DNA from: Butyrivibrio sp. | GTDB lineage: Bacteria > Bacillota > Clostridia > Lachnospirales > Lachnospiraceae | Assembly: GCA_015056565.1 (NCBI GenBank) | Contig: SVGB01000004.1 | Coordinates: forward strand, 34,875-98,874 | Reading direction: 5' to 3' | Length of the DNA stretch: 64,000 bases | Part shown: one piece after another, positions 9,493 through 17,339 of the stretch | How the letters are laid out: the number at the start of each line of letters is the position of its first letter | How positions within the stretch are numbered: the first letter of the stretch is position 1 | Made by a program: the position numbers and the translations under genes | Notes under the pieces: generated by a model | The model's database searches: none | Seen by the model: the letters and a program-made list of their open reading frames with translations, nothing else | Told to the model about the DNA's origin: nothing

Positions 9493-10773
9493 TCACATTT
9501 CATCTACGACCTGGAAGATCACGAACTTCAGATAGTACGAAGCTGCTCCTCCCCAGAGGATCGGATGATCCATGGCCTGCTGCCTGAACTCCACCTGTCG
9601 AAGCCTCTTGTGAGCATCTCTTGCTGCATCACCAATAGTCTTAAGGAACAGCTCTTCATCCATAAAGTGGGAGCATGAACATGTTGCAAGGTAGCCTCCG
9701 TCCTTTACAAGGCGCATTCCTCTAAGGTTGATCTCCTTATACCCAGTGACAGCCTTCTTGATTGAGGCCCTTGATTTGGTAAATGCAGGAGGATCAAGGA
9801 TTACCACGTCAAACTTCTCTCCCTTTTTCTCAAGCTCAGGAAGAAGTTCAAATACATCAGCACACTGGAATGTGGCAACACCTTCAAGGCCGTTGAGCGC
9901 TGCGTTTTCCCTGGCCTGGTCGCAGCCAAGGTCTGAAGCGTCAACACCAAGAACTGATGCAGCTCCTGCTGCCGCTGCGTTTAGTGCAAAAGAGCCAGTA
10001 TGTGTAAAGCAGTCCAGAACTTTTTTGCCCTTGCAAAGTCCTCTTATAGCCTGCCTGTTAAACTTCTGATCCAGGAAAAATCCAGTCTTCTGGCCGTTCT
10101 CCACGTCGACATAGTACTTTACGCCGTTCTCCTCTATAAGAACCTTGGTGTCAAAAGAATCCCCAATAAAGCCCTTGGTCCTCTCAAGGCCCTCAAGCTC
10201 TCTTACCTTTGCATCGCTTCTTTCGTATATCCCGCGGATCACTACTCCGTCTTCAGCCAGGACTTTTTTGCAAAGGTCAAGTATCTTGTTCTTCATCCTG
10301 TCTGTACCAAGAGCCAGAGACTCAATGACAAGCACATCTGAAAACTTATCGATAGTAATGCCCGGAAGGAAATCTGCCTCCCCAAAGATAAGCCTTGTGG
10401 ACAGCCTTGTAAGGGCATCAGATCTCTCTTCGTCTGTAATTGTCGACAGCTCTTTTCCCCCAAGAAGGTACTCTTTTATGTAGCTGCGCATGATATTCTT
10501 CCTGTGATTCCAGGCGTCCCTTACTCTCTTTTCAAGGAGCATCAGATCCACAGGGTTATCCTTTTTCCTGGACATGATGCGGACTCTTATCTTGGATTTC
10601 TCGTTGATAAAGCCGTACCCAAGAAAATATCCGTCGAAATCGTGAAGCTCAATAATGTCGCCATTTTCAAAAGAGCCTTCCACGCGGTCAATTTCATTGT
10701 CGTATATCCAAAGGCCTCCAGATTTAAACTCTCTGCCCTGTCCTTTTTTCAAGATCACGTTTGCCATATACAT
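9493..10773 (-). CDS. RlmI-family SAM-dependent rRNA methyltransferase (PUA + MTase)
   Basis: GQKTGFFLDQ, VLDCFTHTGSF, LDPPAF, TCSCS; start chosen at ATG 10773 with RBS GAGGA. Confidence 0.85.
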   Translation of the reverse strand: MYMANVILKKGQGREFKSGGLWIYDNEIDRVEGSFENGDIIELHDFDGYFLGYGFINEKSKIRVRIMSRKKDNPVDLMLLEKRVRDAWNHRKNIMRSYIKEYLLGGKELSTITDEERSDALTRLSTRLIFGEADFLPGITIDKFSDVLVIESLALGTDRMKNKILDLCKKVLAEDGVVIRGIYERSDAKVRELEGLERTKGFIGDSFDTKVLIEENGVKYYVDVENGQKTGFFLDQKFNRQAIRGLCKGKKVLDCFTHTGSFALNAAAAGAASVLGVDASDLGCDQARENAALNGLEGVATFQCADVFELLPELEKKGEKFDVVILDPPAFTKSRASIKKAVTGYKEINLRGMRLVKDGGYLATCSCSHFMDEELFLKTIGDAARDAHKRLRQVEFRQQAMDHPILWGGAASYYLKFVIFQVVDEM

Positions 10774-10806
10774 TATCCTCACTGTCTCTATATTACTGGT
10801 TATGGA

Positions 10807-11934
10807 TTACCAAACTTTGTTTGCCAGCTCTCTACAGTACTGTGCAGAAAAGCTAGAATCCTGCTTCACAATTTCATTGGTTTTCCCTAGTTCATCAGTA
10901 TATTCCGTTAGCGGATATACTATAACCCCTTCATGTCCATTCTGCAAATGGGTTACAACAGGGGTTACACCATAGGATTTGATCACAACTTCGCCCTTGG
11001 CGTTCCTTCCTATTGTGACATCAGCCATTCCACCCACCATGCGGTTTGCAACTCCCTTTCCTTTGCCAGAGGTCCAATTCACAAAATTACCTAGGGAATA
11101 ATACACCAGCATATCTCCGTTTCCATGATTATTGGTAATCCCAGCTGTGTCATCCTGCAGCATCTCTATGGGCTCTATTACATGAGGATGTGTCCCAAGA
11201 ACAAGGTCTGCTCCGTTTTTCCTGAAAATCTCTGTCCAGTACTTCTGATTAGAATCCACATCTAGTTTGTACTCTGTCCCCCAATGAGGACACACGATGG
11301 TGAAATCAGCATTTTCCTCTGCGTATTTTAGGTCTTTTTCAACCTTATTCCTATCAAGCATATCCACTGCATGTGGCATTCCCTTCGGCTGTGGGATCCC
11401 ATTAGTTCCATAGGTGTAATTAAGGACTGCTATCCTGATACCTTTCTTTTCAACAATGTCGATATTGTTGTAGGCATCTTCTGTTTCATTTATTCCAACA
11501 ACTGTTATCTCCGGATGCTGCTCCCTCCAGTATTTACAGCAATTAAGAAGCCCGCTTTTCCCCTTATCCAGCGCATGATTGGTTCCGTGACACACCACAT
11601 CAAATCCTGCATATACCAACGCATCTCCAATCTGATACGGAGCATTAAACGACGGGTATCCTGAAACACCGAGCTCCTGTCCTCCGATTATGACTTCCTG
11701 ATTGACGATGGCAATGTCTGCGCTACTTATATCTTTTTTCAGATTCTCAAAAATAAAGTCAAAATTATATGATCCATCATCTCTTTTGGCTGCTTCTTCA
11801 ACAGGCGTGTGAAGGAGTATATCTCCAACCATTACTATGGTGATTTCTGTATCTTTCTCTGGTGCTTTGGCCTGTGCACAGATGGAAAAAGACAGCGACA
11901 TCAATATGCAAATGGCTAGTATCCTCTTTTTCAT
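10807..11934 (-). CDS. CapA/PGA_cap-family secreted metallophosphatase-fold protein
   Basis: Signal peptide; VGD, NQE, NHALD, HWG, GTHPHV, YSLGNF. Confidence 0.85.
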   Translation of the reverse strand: MKKRILAICILMSLSFSICAQAKAPEKDTEITIVMVGDILLHTPVEEAAKRDDGSYNFDFIFENLKKDISSADIAIVNQEVIIGGQELGVSGYPSFNAPYQIGDALVYAGFDVVCHGTNHALDKGKSGLLNCCKYWREQHPEITVVGINETEDAYNNIDIVEKKGIRIAVLNYTYGTNGIPQPKGMPHAVDMLDRNKVEKDLKYAEENADFTIVCPHWGTEYKLDVDSNQKYWTEIFRKNGADLVLGTHPHVIEPIEMLQDDTAGITNNHGNGDMLVYYSLGNFVNWTSGKGKGVANRMVGGMADVTIGRNAKGEVVIKSYGVTPVVTHLQNGHEGVIVYPLTEYTDELGKTNEIVKQDSSFSAQYCRELANKVW

Positions 11935-11995
11935 GACATTTACCCCTTACATTTTCCCTTATATTCTATTATAACGTAAATTTTTAAAATTTCTG

Positions 11996-12025
11996 TTGAC
12001 AATCTGATCTTCTATCATGTAATAT
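11996..12025 (+). promoter_or_regulatory. Sigma-A promoter of tRNA-Gly copy 1
   Basis: TTGACA-N18-TAATAT. Confidence 0.6.
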
Positions 12026-12061
12026 AAACATTGCGCTGCGACAGCAGCTTAATATATAAAT

Positions 12062-12134
12062 GCGATAGTAGCTTAGTTGGTAAAGCGCCACCTTGCCAAG
12101 GTGGAGACCGCGGGTTCGAGCCCCGTCTATCGCT
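12062..12134 (+). tRNA. tRNA-Gly(GCC), copy 1
   Basis: Cloverleaf: GCGATAG/CTATCGC acceptor, CCACC-TTGCCAA-GGTGG anticodon arm, GGTTCGA T-loop; CCA not encoded. Confidence 0.97.
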
Positions 12135-12139
12135 CTAAT

Positions 12140-12169
12140 AAAAAGGACGTCCGACTGGATGTCCTTTTT
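12140..12169 (+). terminator. Intrinsic terminator after tRNA-Gly, likely bidirectional
   Basis: AAAAAGGACGTCC-GACT-GGATGTCCTTTTT. Confidence 0.8.
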
Positions 12170-12202
12170 GTTATCACTATATAATTATCTTCTCTCCTCT
12201 GG

Positions 12203-12421
12203 TCAGAAGACCACTTTGTTTCTGCCAGATTCCCATATTCTTCATAGGAAATGATCTCGGGAGAAATAAGGAGCATCTCTTCACCGCCCCATCTTCCGCA
12301 CATGAGTTATTCCCAGAGTAACAGCCGCTACCATGTACTGCCTGTTATCCAGGTACTCACCGTCAAATCCGGTCTGATATGTCCTATCTCTTAAGGTTTG
12401 ATTATCTTTTATATCTTCCAT
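12203..12421 (-). pseudogene. Fragmented diguanylate cyclase (GGDEF) remnant
   Basis: Minus-strand frames give MEDIKDNQTLRDRTYQTG..., then CGRWGGEEMLLISPE, then ESGRNKVVF-stop, each in a different frame. Confidence 0.65.
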
Positions 12422-12441
12422 GTGATTAAGACCTTTAATTT

Positions 12442-13293
12442 TCAGCTCATAACCGGCACTTCAAAAGTAAATCCAGTAAGGTTTCCGATCTTTTTGGCCT
12501 TGCCCCTTGTAAAGTCCTTGAGCATCATGTTGTGGGTTCTGTCAAAAAACATGTATAGGTACACAGTGGTGTCTTTTCCCATTTTCTTTTTTGCTGCAGA
12601 AGCTGCCCAGTATACAAGATCCTCGATCAAGGCTCCTTCGTCGCTGCCGTAGGCTGCTATGCCCTCGATGAAAAGAGCTTCATCCCTGATAGTGGTAAGT
12701 AGCCCCGCCTGGACAACATGGTCGTCATCAACTAAAAATAAGCTGGTTTTGGCATCGTAATAATCCCTGTCCATGATATAAAGTCCGCTTGCTGTGGCCT
12801 CACCGACAAAGTACTCCCACTGGGCATTAGAAAGGTCCGATACATTGACACATCCCATTTCAGTCATTGGCTTTCCATCTCTTATATCAGAGAGGCTAAA
12901 CTCATAAAGGGGAAGCTTTTTATCGTCAACGAAAAAACCAAGATCTTCCATGAACTCTGCCCGTTCTTTAGAATTCTCCTCGGGGATGTATTCAGATAGA
13001 TAAACAGCACTACACTTTCCCTCCTGCGCCATTTCCTGAAGGAACCGTATAAGCGTCTCTTCAGCTTCAGGAGACTTATAGGCGTCATCTATGATCACCT
13101 CCCTGGCAGAAAGAGATACTTTCCCATCTTCGTCTTCCGGGACAGCTGCTATCGCCATGACACCACAGGCAGTATCCGATTGTTCCTCATAGAGGCCAAC
13201 AAACAGATCACATTCTTCTTTTGTCTTTTCGCTAAGAGGTGTTACAAAAACTCCCCGGTTTTCATCGTCTACTAAAGTCGCTGCAAAAGTCAT
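12442..13293 (-). CDS. Hypothetical acidic protein, possibly a degenerate tandem GNAT fold
   Basis: 283-aa ORF with RBS GGAG; weak GNAT-like pattern (FMEDLGF); family not certain. Confidence 0.6.
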   Translation of the reverse strand: MTFAATLVDDENRGVFVTPLSEKTKEECDLFVGLYEEQSDTACGVMAIAAVPEDEDGKVSLSAREVIIDDAYKSPEAEETLIRFLQEMAQEGKCSAVYLSEYIPEENSKERAEFMEDLGFFVDDKKLPLYEFSLSDIRDGKPMTEMGCVNVSDLSNAQWEYFVGEATASGLYIMDRDYYDAKTSLFLVDDDHVVQAGLLTTIRDEALFIEGIAAYGSDEGALIEDLVYWAASAAKKKMGKDTTVYLYMFFDRTHNMMLKDFTRGKAKKIGNLTGFTFEVPVMS

Positions 13294-13428
13294 TGTTTTA
13301 ATTCTCCATATGTGTACTTTTAAGAGTATGCTGGTAAATCACATTATCTAAAATAATCAGCACATTTGCATATATCAATCCATATTAATTTTACGTTATT
13401 TCGTTTGGTATTTGGATTAAATTTCTAT

Positions 13429-13480
13429 AAAAAACAAGACTGCCGCCCGGGGGTAGACATCCCCAGGCAGCAGCCCTGTT
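13429..13480 (-). terminator. Strong intrinsic terminator with no long ORF ending on it
   Basis: About 20-bp GC-rich stem followed by T6 on the minus strand. Confidence 0.75.
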
Positions 13481-13529
13481 AAGAAATAATAGAAAGAATT
13501 TTGGCAACAAGTGCTGCAAGGAATCCCAA
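13479..13529 (-). CDS. Candidate 16-aa amphipathic micropeptide (M)GFLAALVAKILSIIS, or a gene remnant
   Basis: TTG start 7 nt after TAAGG; stop codon abuts the terminator. Confidence 0.35.
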   Translation of the reverse strand: MGFLAALVAKILSIIS

Positions 13530-13552
13530 ATCAGAGCCTTAAGAAAAAACTA

Positions 13553-13581
13553 TTGACAAAGCAGTTGTTGTGGTTTAATAT
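13553..13581 (+). promoter_or_regulatory. Sigma-A promoter of tRNA-Gly copy 2
   Basis: TTGACA-N17-TAATAT. Confidence 0.65.
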
Positions 13582-13610
13582 TTATTTTGCTGTCGGCAAT
13601 GACAGGAAAT

Positions 13611-13683
13611 GCGATAGTAGCTTAGTTGGTAAAGCGCCACCTTGCCAAGGTGGAGACCGCGGGTTCGAGCCCCGTCTATCGCT
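13611..13683 (+). tRNA. tRNA-Gly(GCC), copy 2, identical to copy 1
   Basis: Same 73-nt sequence as 12062-12134. Confidence 0.97.
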
Positions 13684-13730
13684 TATTTTTATGCCATTTT
13701 TGAGTTCATTACATCCACAAAATATGTACC

Positions 13731-13765
13731 AAAAAACAGGGCACGAGATCATCTCTCGTGCCCTG
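13731..13765. terminator. Terminator between tRNA-Gly and the convergent small ORF
   Basis: CAGGGCACGAGA-TCATC-TCTCGTGCCCTG with a flanking A-tract. Confidence 0.8.
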
Positions 13766-13786
13766 GCTGTTTTTAAAAGTTATTAA

Positions 13787-14041
13787 TCAAAAAATACGCC
13801 GTTTGGATTGTACACCGTTTTTGGATTGTATACCGTTCTTTGAATTCTTAGAATTCTTTTCTGCAGTTCTTTTCATAAGAGCATCTACACTACCTGCTGC
13901 ATTGAGCATTCCAAGTTCATCATCTGAAAGAACTTCAATATCAGTCTGATATCTTGATTCAACATCCGCTATTATAGATGCAAGCTTATCATTAGGTGCG
14001 AATTTCTGATAATCAAAAAGTCTTGCCAATTTATTTTCCAT
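13787..14041 (-). CDS. 84-aa ECF-associated protein with a double-glycine-leader-like motif (candidate anti-sigma factor or precursor peptide)
   Basis: RBS GGAGG; MENKLARLFDYQKF...EVLSDDELGMLNAAG followed by a basic repetitive tail. Confidence 0.75.
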   Translation of the reverse strand: MENKLARLFDYQKFAPNDKLASIIADVESRYQTDIEVLSDDELGMLNAAGSVDALMKRTAEKNSKNSKNGIQSKNGVQSKRRIF

Positions 14042-14086
14042 AATTAACCTCCAATTCAATAAGCGTCTTTATTTTGCCTTCAATGT

Positions 14087-14116
14087 TTTATACGAATGAA
14101 TAAAACCTGTGGCAAA
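14087..14116 (-). promoter_or_regulatory. Putative ECF promoter TTTGCCACA-N11-TTCGTATAAA, copy 1
   Basis: ECF-like CGTA -10; both boxes recur with identical spacing at 44971-45000. Confidence 0.7.
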
Positions 14117-14121
14117 TTTTT

Positions 14122-14595
14122 TTACAACATTTCTCTAAGTTTTCCTAAAGCCTCTCTGTGCCTTAACTTGGCGACGCCATATGACAGGTTCATTTTAACT
14201 GCTATATCCTGAAGGGTAAGTCCCTTGTAATACCTGAGTACTATTATGTCCATGAGCTCCTGCGGAAGTTTGCTCAAGGCATCAGCAAGAAGCTCAAGGC
14301 TCTCATTGTTTAATACCTCATCCTCAATGGTGCTGCCTTCATCACTAAGATCCTCCGGAATCTCAGAATGAACATGATTGGTCCTGTAAAAATCTATGAC
14401 TGTGTTGCTGGTCATAGAATATATCCATGTTGAAAGGCTTGCCTTGGTCTCATCATAGGTATCCAATTTGCTGTATATCTTTACAAAGATATCGCTGGTG
14501 ATATCCTCAGCGTCCTCCGGTGAGTTTACATGATTGCGCACATATCCAAAGACCTTGTCCCTGTATTGGGTATAAATTTCCTCTTTAGTCAGCAT
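14122..14595 (-). CDS. ECF-type RNA polymerase sigma factor
   Basis: Region 2 (DAEDITSDIF, LSTWIY, NTVIDFYR) and region 4 (IIVLRYYKGLTLQDIA). Confidence 0.92.
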   Translation of the reverse strand: MLTKEEIYTQYRDKVFGYVRNHVNSPEDAEDITSDIFVKIYSKLDTYDETKASLSTWIYSMTSNTVIDFYRTNHVHSEIPEDLSDEGSTIEDEVLNNESLELLADALSKLPQELMDIIVLRYYKGLTLQDIAVKMNLSYGVAKLRHREALGKLREML

Positions 14596-14709
14596 ATTAA
14601 TGTCCACCCTCTTAGAAAAAAATATACTAGTCAACTTTCATTATACCTTAATTACTCCACTTGCTAAAGAAAAGAATATAAAATATAATAATTTGGTACC
14701 TACAGACTT

Positions 14710-14783
14710 CGGGGCGTGGCTCAGCTTGGTAGAGCGCTGCGTTCGGGACGCAGAGGTCGCGTGTTCGAATCACGTCGCCCCGA
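14710..14783 (+). tRNA. tRNA-Pro(CGG)
   Basis: CGGGGCG/CGCCCCG acceptor, CTGCG-TTCGGGA-CGCAG anticodon arm, TTCGAAT T-loop. Confidence 0.96.
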
Positions 14784-14813
14784 TTTCGATTCTTTCAATA
14801 GATGGTGTCTTCC

Positions 14814-16274
14814 ATGTTATTTAATTCTCTGGAATTTATATTGTTCCTGCCTATAGCGTTCTGCTTGTACTGGCTTAGTTCAGATAAGATACGATGGATC
14901 ATACTTCTCATAATAGACTGGTATTTCTACCTGTCGTTATGTCCTAAGTTTTTCCCTTTGCTGCTATTTATAACTTTCATAAGCTGGATCTTTGCAATAG
15001 TGATGGACAGGCAAAAGTCTTCTTCAAAAAACAAAGGCTTCATGCTGGGCTTTTCAGTTTTGATCTGCCTTTCCTTTCTGTTCTTTTTTAAATACTTTGG
15101 ATTTGCTTCTGAAATTGCGGCGGATATAGCTGGTGCCATAGGATTAAACCTCCATCCCAAAACAATTTCTTTAGCGCAGCCTGCAGGAATCTCTTTTTAT
15201 ACCTTTATGACTGTAGGCTATCTTGTGGATGTGTATAAGGGCAAGCTCAAACCAGAAGCCAACTTTTTTAAGCTCTCCCTTTTTGTTTCATTTTTCCCAC
15301 AGATAATAGCTGGTCCTATCGGAAGAGCCCCCAGCCTTCTAGGACAGTTCTTTGAAAAGAGAAGCTTTGACAGCGCCAGGGCAGAAAGCGGTCTTCGCCT
15401 GATCATATGGGGATATTTTAAAAAGCTTATAATTGCTGATTCTCTTTCTCCTTATGTAGATGGCATTTATACTTCAGTCTACGACTACTTTGGGATGACC
15501 TTTATCATTGCTTCCCTGATGTACACAATGCAGATTTACTGCGACTTTTCCGGCTATTCAGACATCGCCATTGGCGTAGCCAGATTGTTTGGCATTGACC
15601 TTATGGAGAACTTTAAAAGCCCGTATTTTTCCAGGTCCATAAAAGAGTTCTGGTCAAGATGGCATATCTCCCTGTCCACATGGTTTAGGGACTATGTTTA
15701 TATCCCTCTTGGGGGCAGCAGGAATGGCGAGTTTAAAAAGAACCGGAACATCATACTCACGATGCTGGCAAGCGGACTGTGGCACGGTGCAAACTGGACA
15801 TTTATTATCTGGGGCGGACTTCACGGAATATATCAGGTGATAGAAAGCCTGCTCAGAAGATTTACTGGTGAAAAGAAAGATCGCAAAGCAGGAGTTTTTT
15901 CAAATCTCCTTCACTGGGTCATAACCTTTATTCTGATAGATATAGCCTGGATCTTTTTCAGAGCAGACAATTTCTCAGACGCCTTTTATATTATTTCCCA
16001 TTTACACAGCGGAGTGATCCTTCATTTTGCCGCTGCCTGGACCAAGATGCTGGTAGATTTTGGTCTTACAGGTATTGGTCTTATTAAGCTTGTTGCACCA
16101 GTTGCTTTGCTTGTGGTATATGACTATTGTTCTCTTAGATGTGACATTTCAACTGAGTTTTCAAAAGTTCCCATCTATCTTAGATGGCCTGTATATATCA
16201 TTCTTACTGTATGGGTAGTGAACACTTCGCTTCACGGCGGAACCACCCAGAGCTTTATTTACTTTTCGTTCTAA
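14814..16274 (+). CDS. MBOAT O-acyltransferase, AlgI/DltB type
   Basis: PAGISFYTF, FFPQIIAGPI, QIYCDFSGYSDIA, EFWSRWHISLS, SGLWHGA. Confidence 0.92.
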   Translation: MLFNSLEFILFLPIAFCLYWLSSDKIRWIILLIIDWYFYLSLCPKFFPLLLFITFISWIFAIVMDRQKSSSKNKGFMLGFSVLICLSFLFFFKYFGFASEIAADIAGAIGLNLHPKTISLAQPAGISFYTFMTVGYLVDVYKGKLKPEANFFKLSLFVSFFPQIIAGPIGRAPSLLGQFFEKRSFDSARAESGLRLIIWGYFKKLIIADSLSPYVDGIYTSVYDYFGMTFIIASLMYTMQIYCDFSGYSDIAIGVARLFGIDLMENFKSPYFSRSIKEFWSRWHISLSTWFRDYVYIPLGGSRNGEFKKNRNIILTMLASGLWHGANWTFIIWGGLHGIYQVIESLLRRFTGEKKDRKAGVFSNLLHWVITFILIDIAWIFFRADNFSDAFYIISHLHSGVILHFAAAWTKMLVDFGLTGIGLIKLVAPVALLVVYDYCSLRCDISTEFSKVPIYLRWPVYIILTVWVVNTSLHGGTTQSFIYFSF

Positions 16275-16295
16275 ATGGCAGGATCAGGTAATAGT

Positions 16296-17339
16296 ATGAA
16301 AAACTTTTTGATCAAGTGCATAACATTTTTGGTGATCGTCGGTTTGATCTTCGCTATCCCGGCTTTTGTTATCGATCCCTATAACGTCTTCCATGCGGAT
16401 AGCGTCAGAAACAATGGTATCGAGCCGAACAAGCGCTACATCAAGATGCGAAATGTCTTAAGAAACCCGGATAAGTATGATTCCTTTTTGTTTGGATCTT
16501 CAAGAGTTGGGTATTTTGATGTCGCAAAGATGGGAAACGGAAAATACTATGACATGTCCTATTCTGAGGGCACTCCGGCTGAGCACCTTGAGGACCTTGA
16601 GATACTTATTGCAAATGGAATAGTGCCAAAGAATGTTTATATCGGCATTGATGATATCGCATATTTCGTGGACCCTTCCATCCATCAGAAAATGCTGTAC
16701 AGAAGAGCATTTCCCTGGAATGGTTCCCCTATAGAAAAGCTTAAGTTTTATCTTGGATATTTTGATCTTATAACTCTTAGTGAGTCCTTAGAAGTGTCAA
16801 ATGCTTACACAGACAATGATCCTGATTTTGGAAAAAGACTCCTTGAAACCGGAACAGAAAGACTTGATATGCCAACAGCTTTTGATGAGAACGAAACTGC
16901 TGCCACCTGGTCTGACTACTATTCTCCAAGATCAGAGGTCTTTGAAGAAATATCAGAAATAAAGTCCCTGTGCAAGGCCAATGGGATCAACCTGGTCTTT
17001 TTCACCAATCCAATAAACATCTATACCTACGAAAAAGATATAGAAAATGGATATATAGTCTTCCTTGAGGAACTGTCAAAAACTACTGAATTTTACAATT
17101 TTAGCGGAATAAATGATATCACGACAGATATGTCAAACTACTACGAGACAAGTCACTTTAGTCCCGAAGTTGCTAATATGATGGTGTCCTGCATGCTAGA
17201 AGGCACTACAGATTCCCATCTGTCAGAACAAGGCTTTGGCGTACTAGTCACCAGCCAGAATGCCGATGCACTAGTACAAACCTTATATAAGCAGGCAGAT
17301 GCCCGCAATATTGCAGTAAACACTTACCCAGATAATTAA
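16296..17339 (+). CDS. Membrane-anchored SGNH-like MBOAT partner (AlgJ/DltD-like)
   Basis: N-terminal TM, FGSSR, YYETSHF; follows the MBOAT gene. Confidence 0.65.
   Translation: MKNFLIKCITFLVIVGLIFAIPAFVIDPYNVFHADSVRNNGIEPNKRYIKMRNVLRNPDKYDSFLFGSSRVGYFDVAKMGNGKYYDMSYSEGTPAEHLEDLEILIANGIVPKNVYIGIDDIAYFVDPSIHQKMLYRRAFPWNGSPIEKLKFYLGYFDLITLSESLEVSNAYTDNDPDFGKRLLETGTERLDMPTAFDENETAATWSDYYSPRSEVFEEISEIKSLCKANGINLVFFTNPINIYTYEKDIENGYIVFLEELSKTTEFYNFSGINDITTDMSNYYETSHFSPEVANMMVSCMLEGTTDSHLSEQGFGVLVTSQNADALVQTLYKQADARNIAVNTYPDN

Noticed and set aside
12062-13683. Integrated prophage or ICE bounded by attL/attR
   Set aside because: Both tRNAs are full length with their own promoters; no integrase; only 1.5 kb enclosed
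13511-13786. 91-aa ORF, and the similar 74-aa ORF at 14600-14824
   Set aside because: They read through tRNA genes and are spurious
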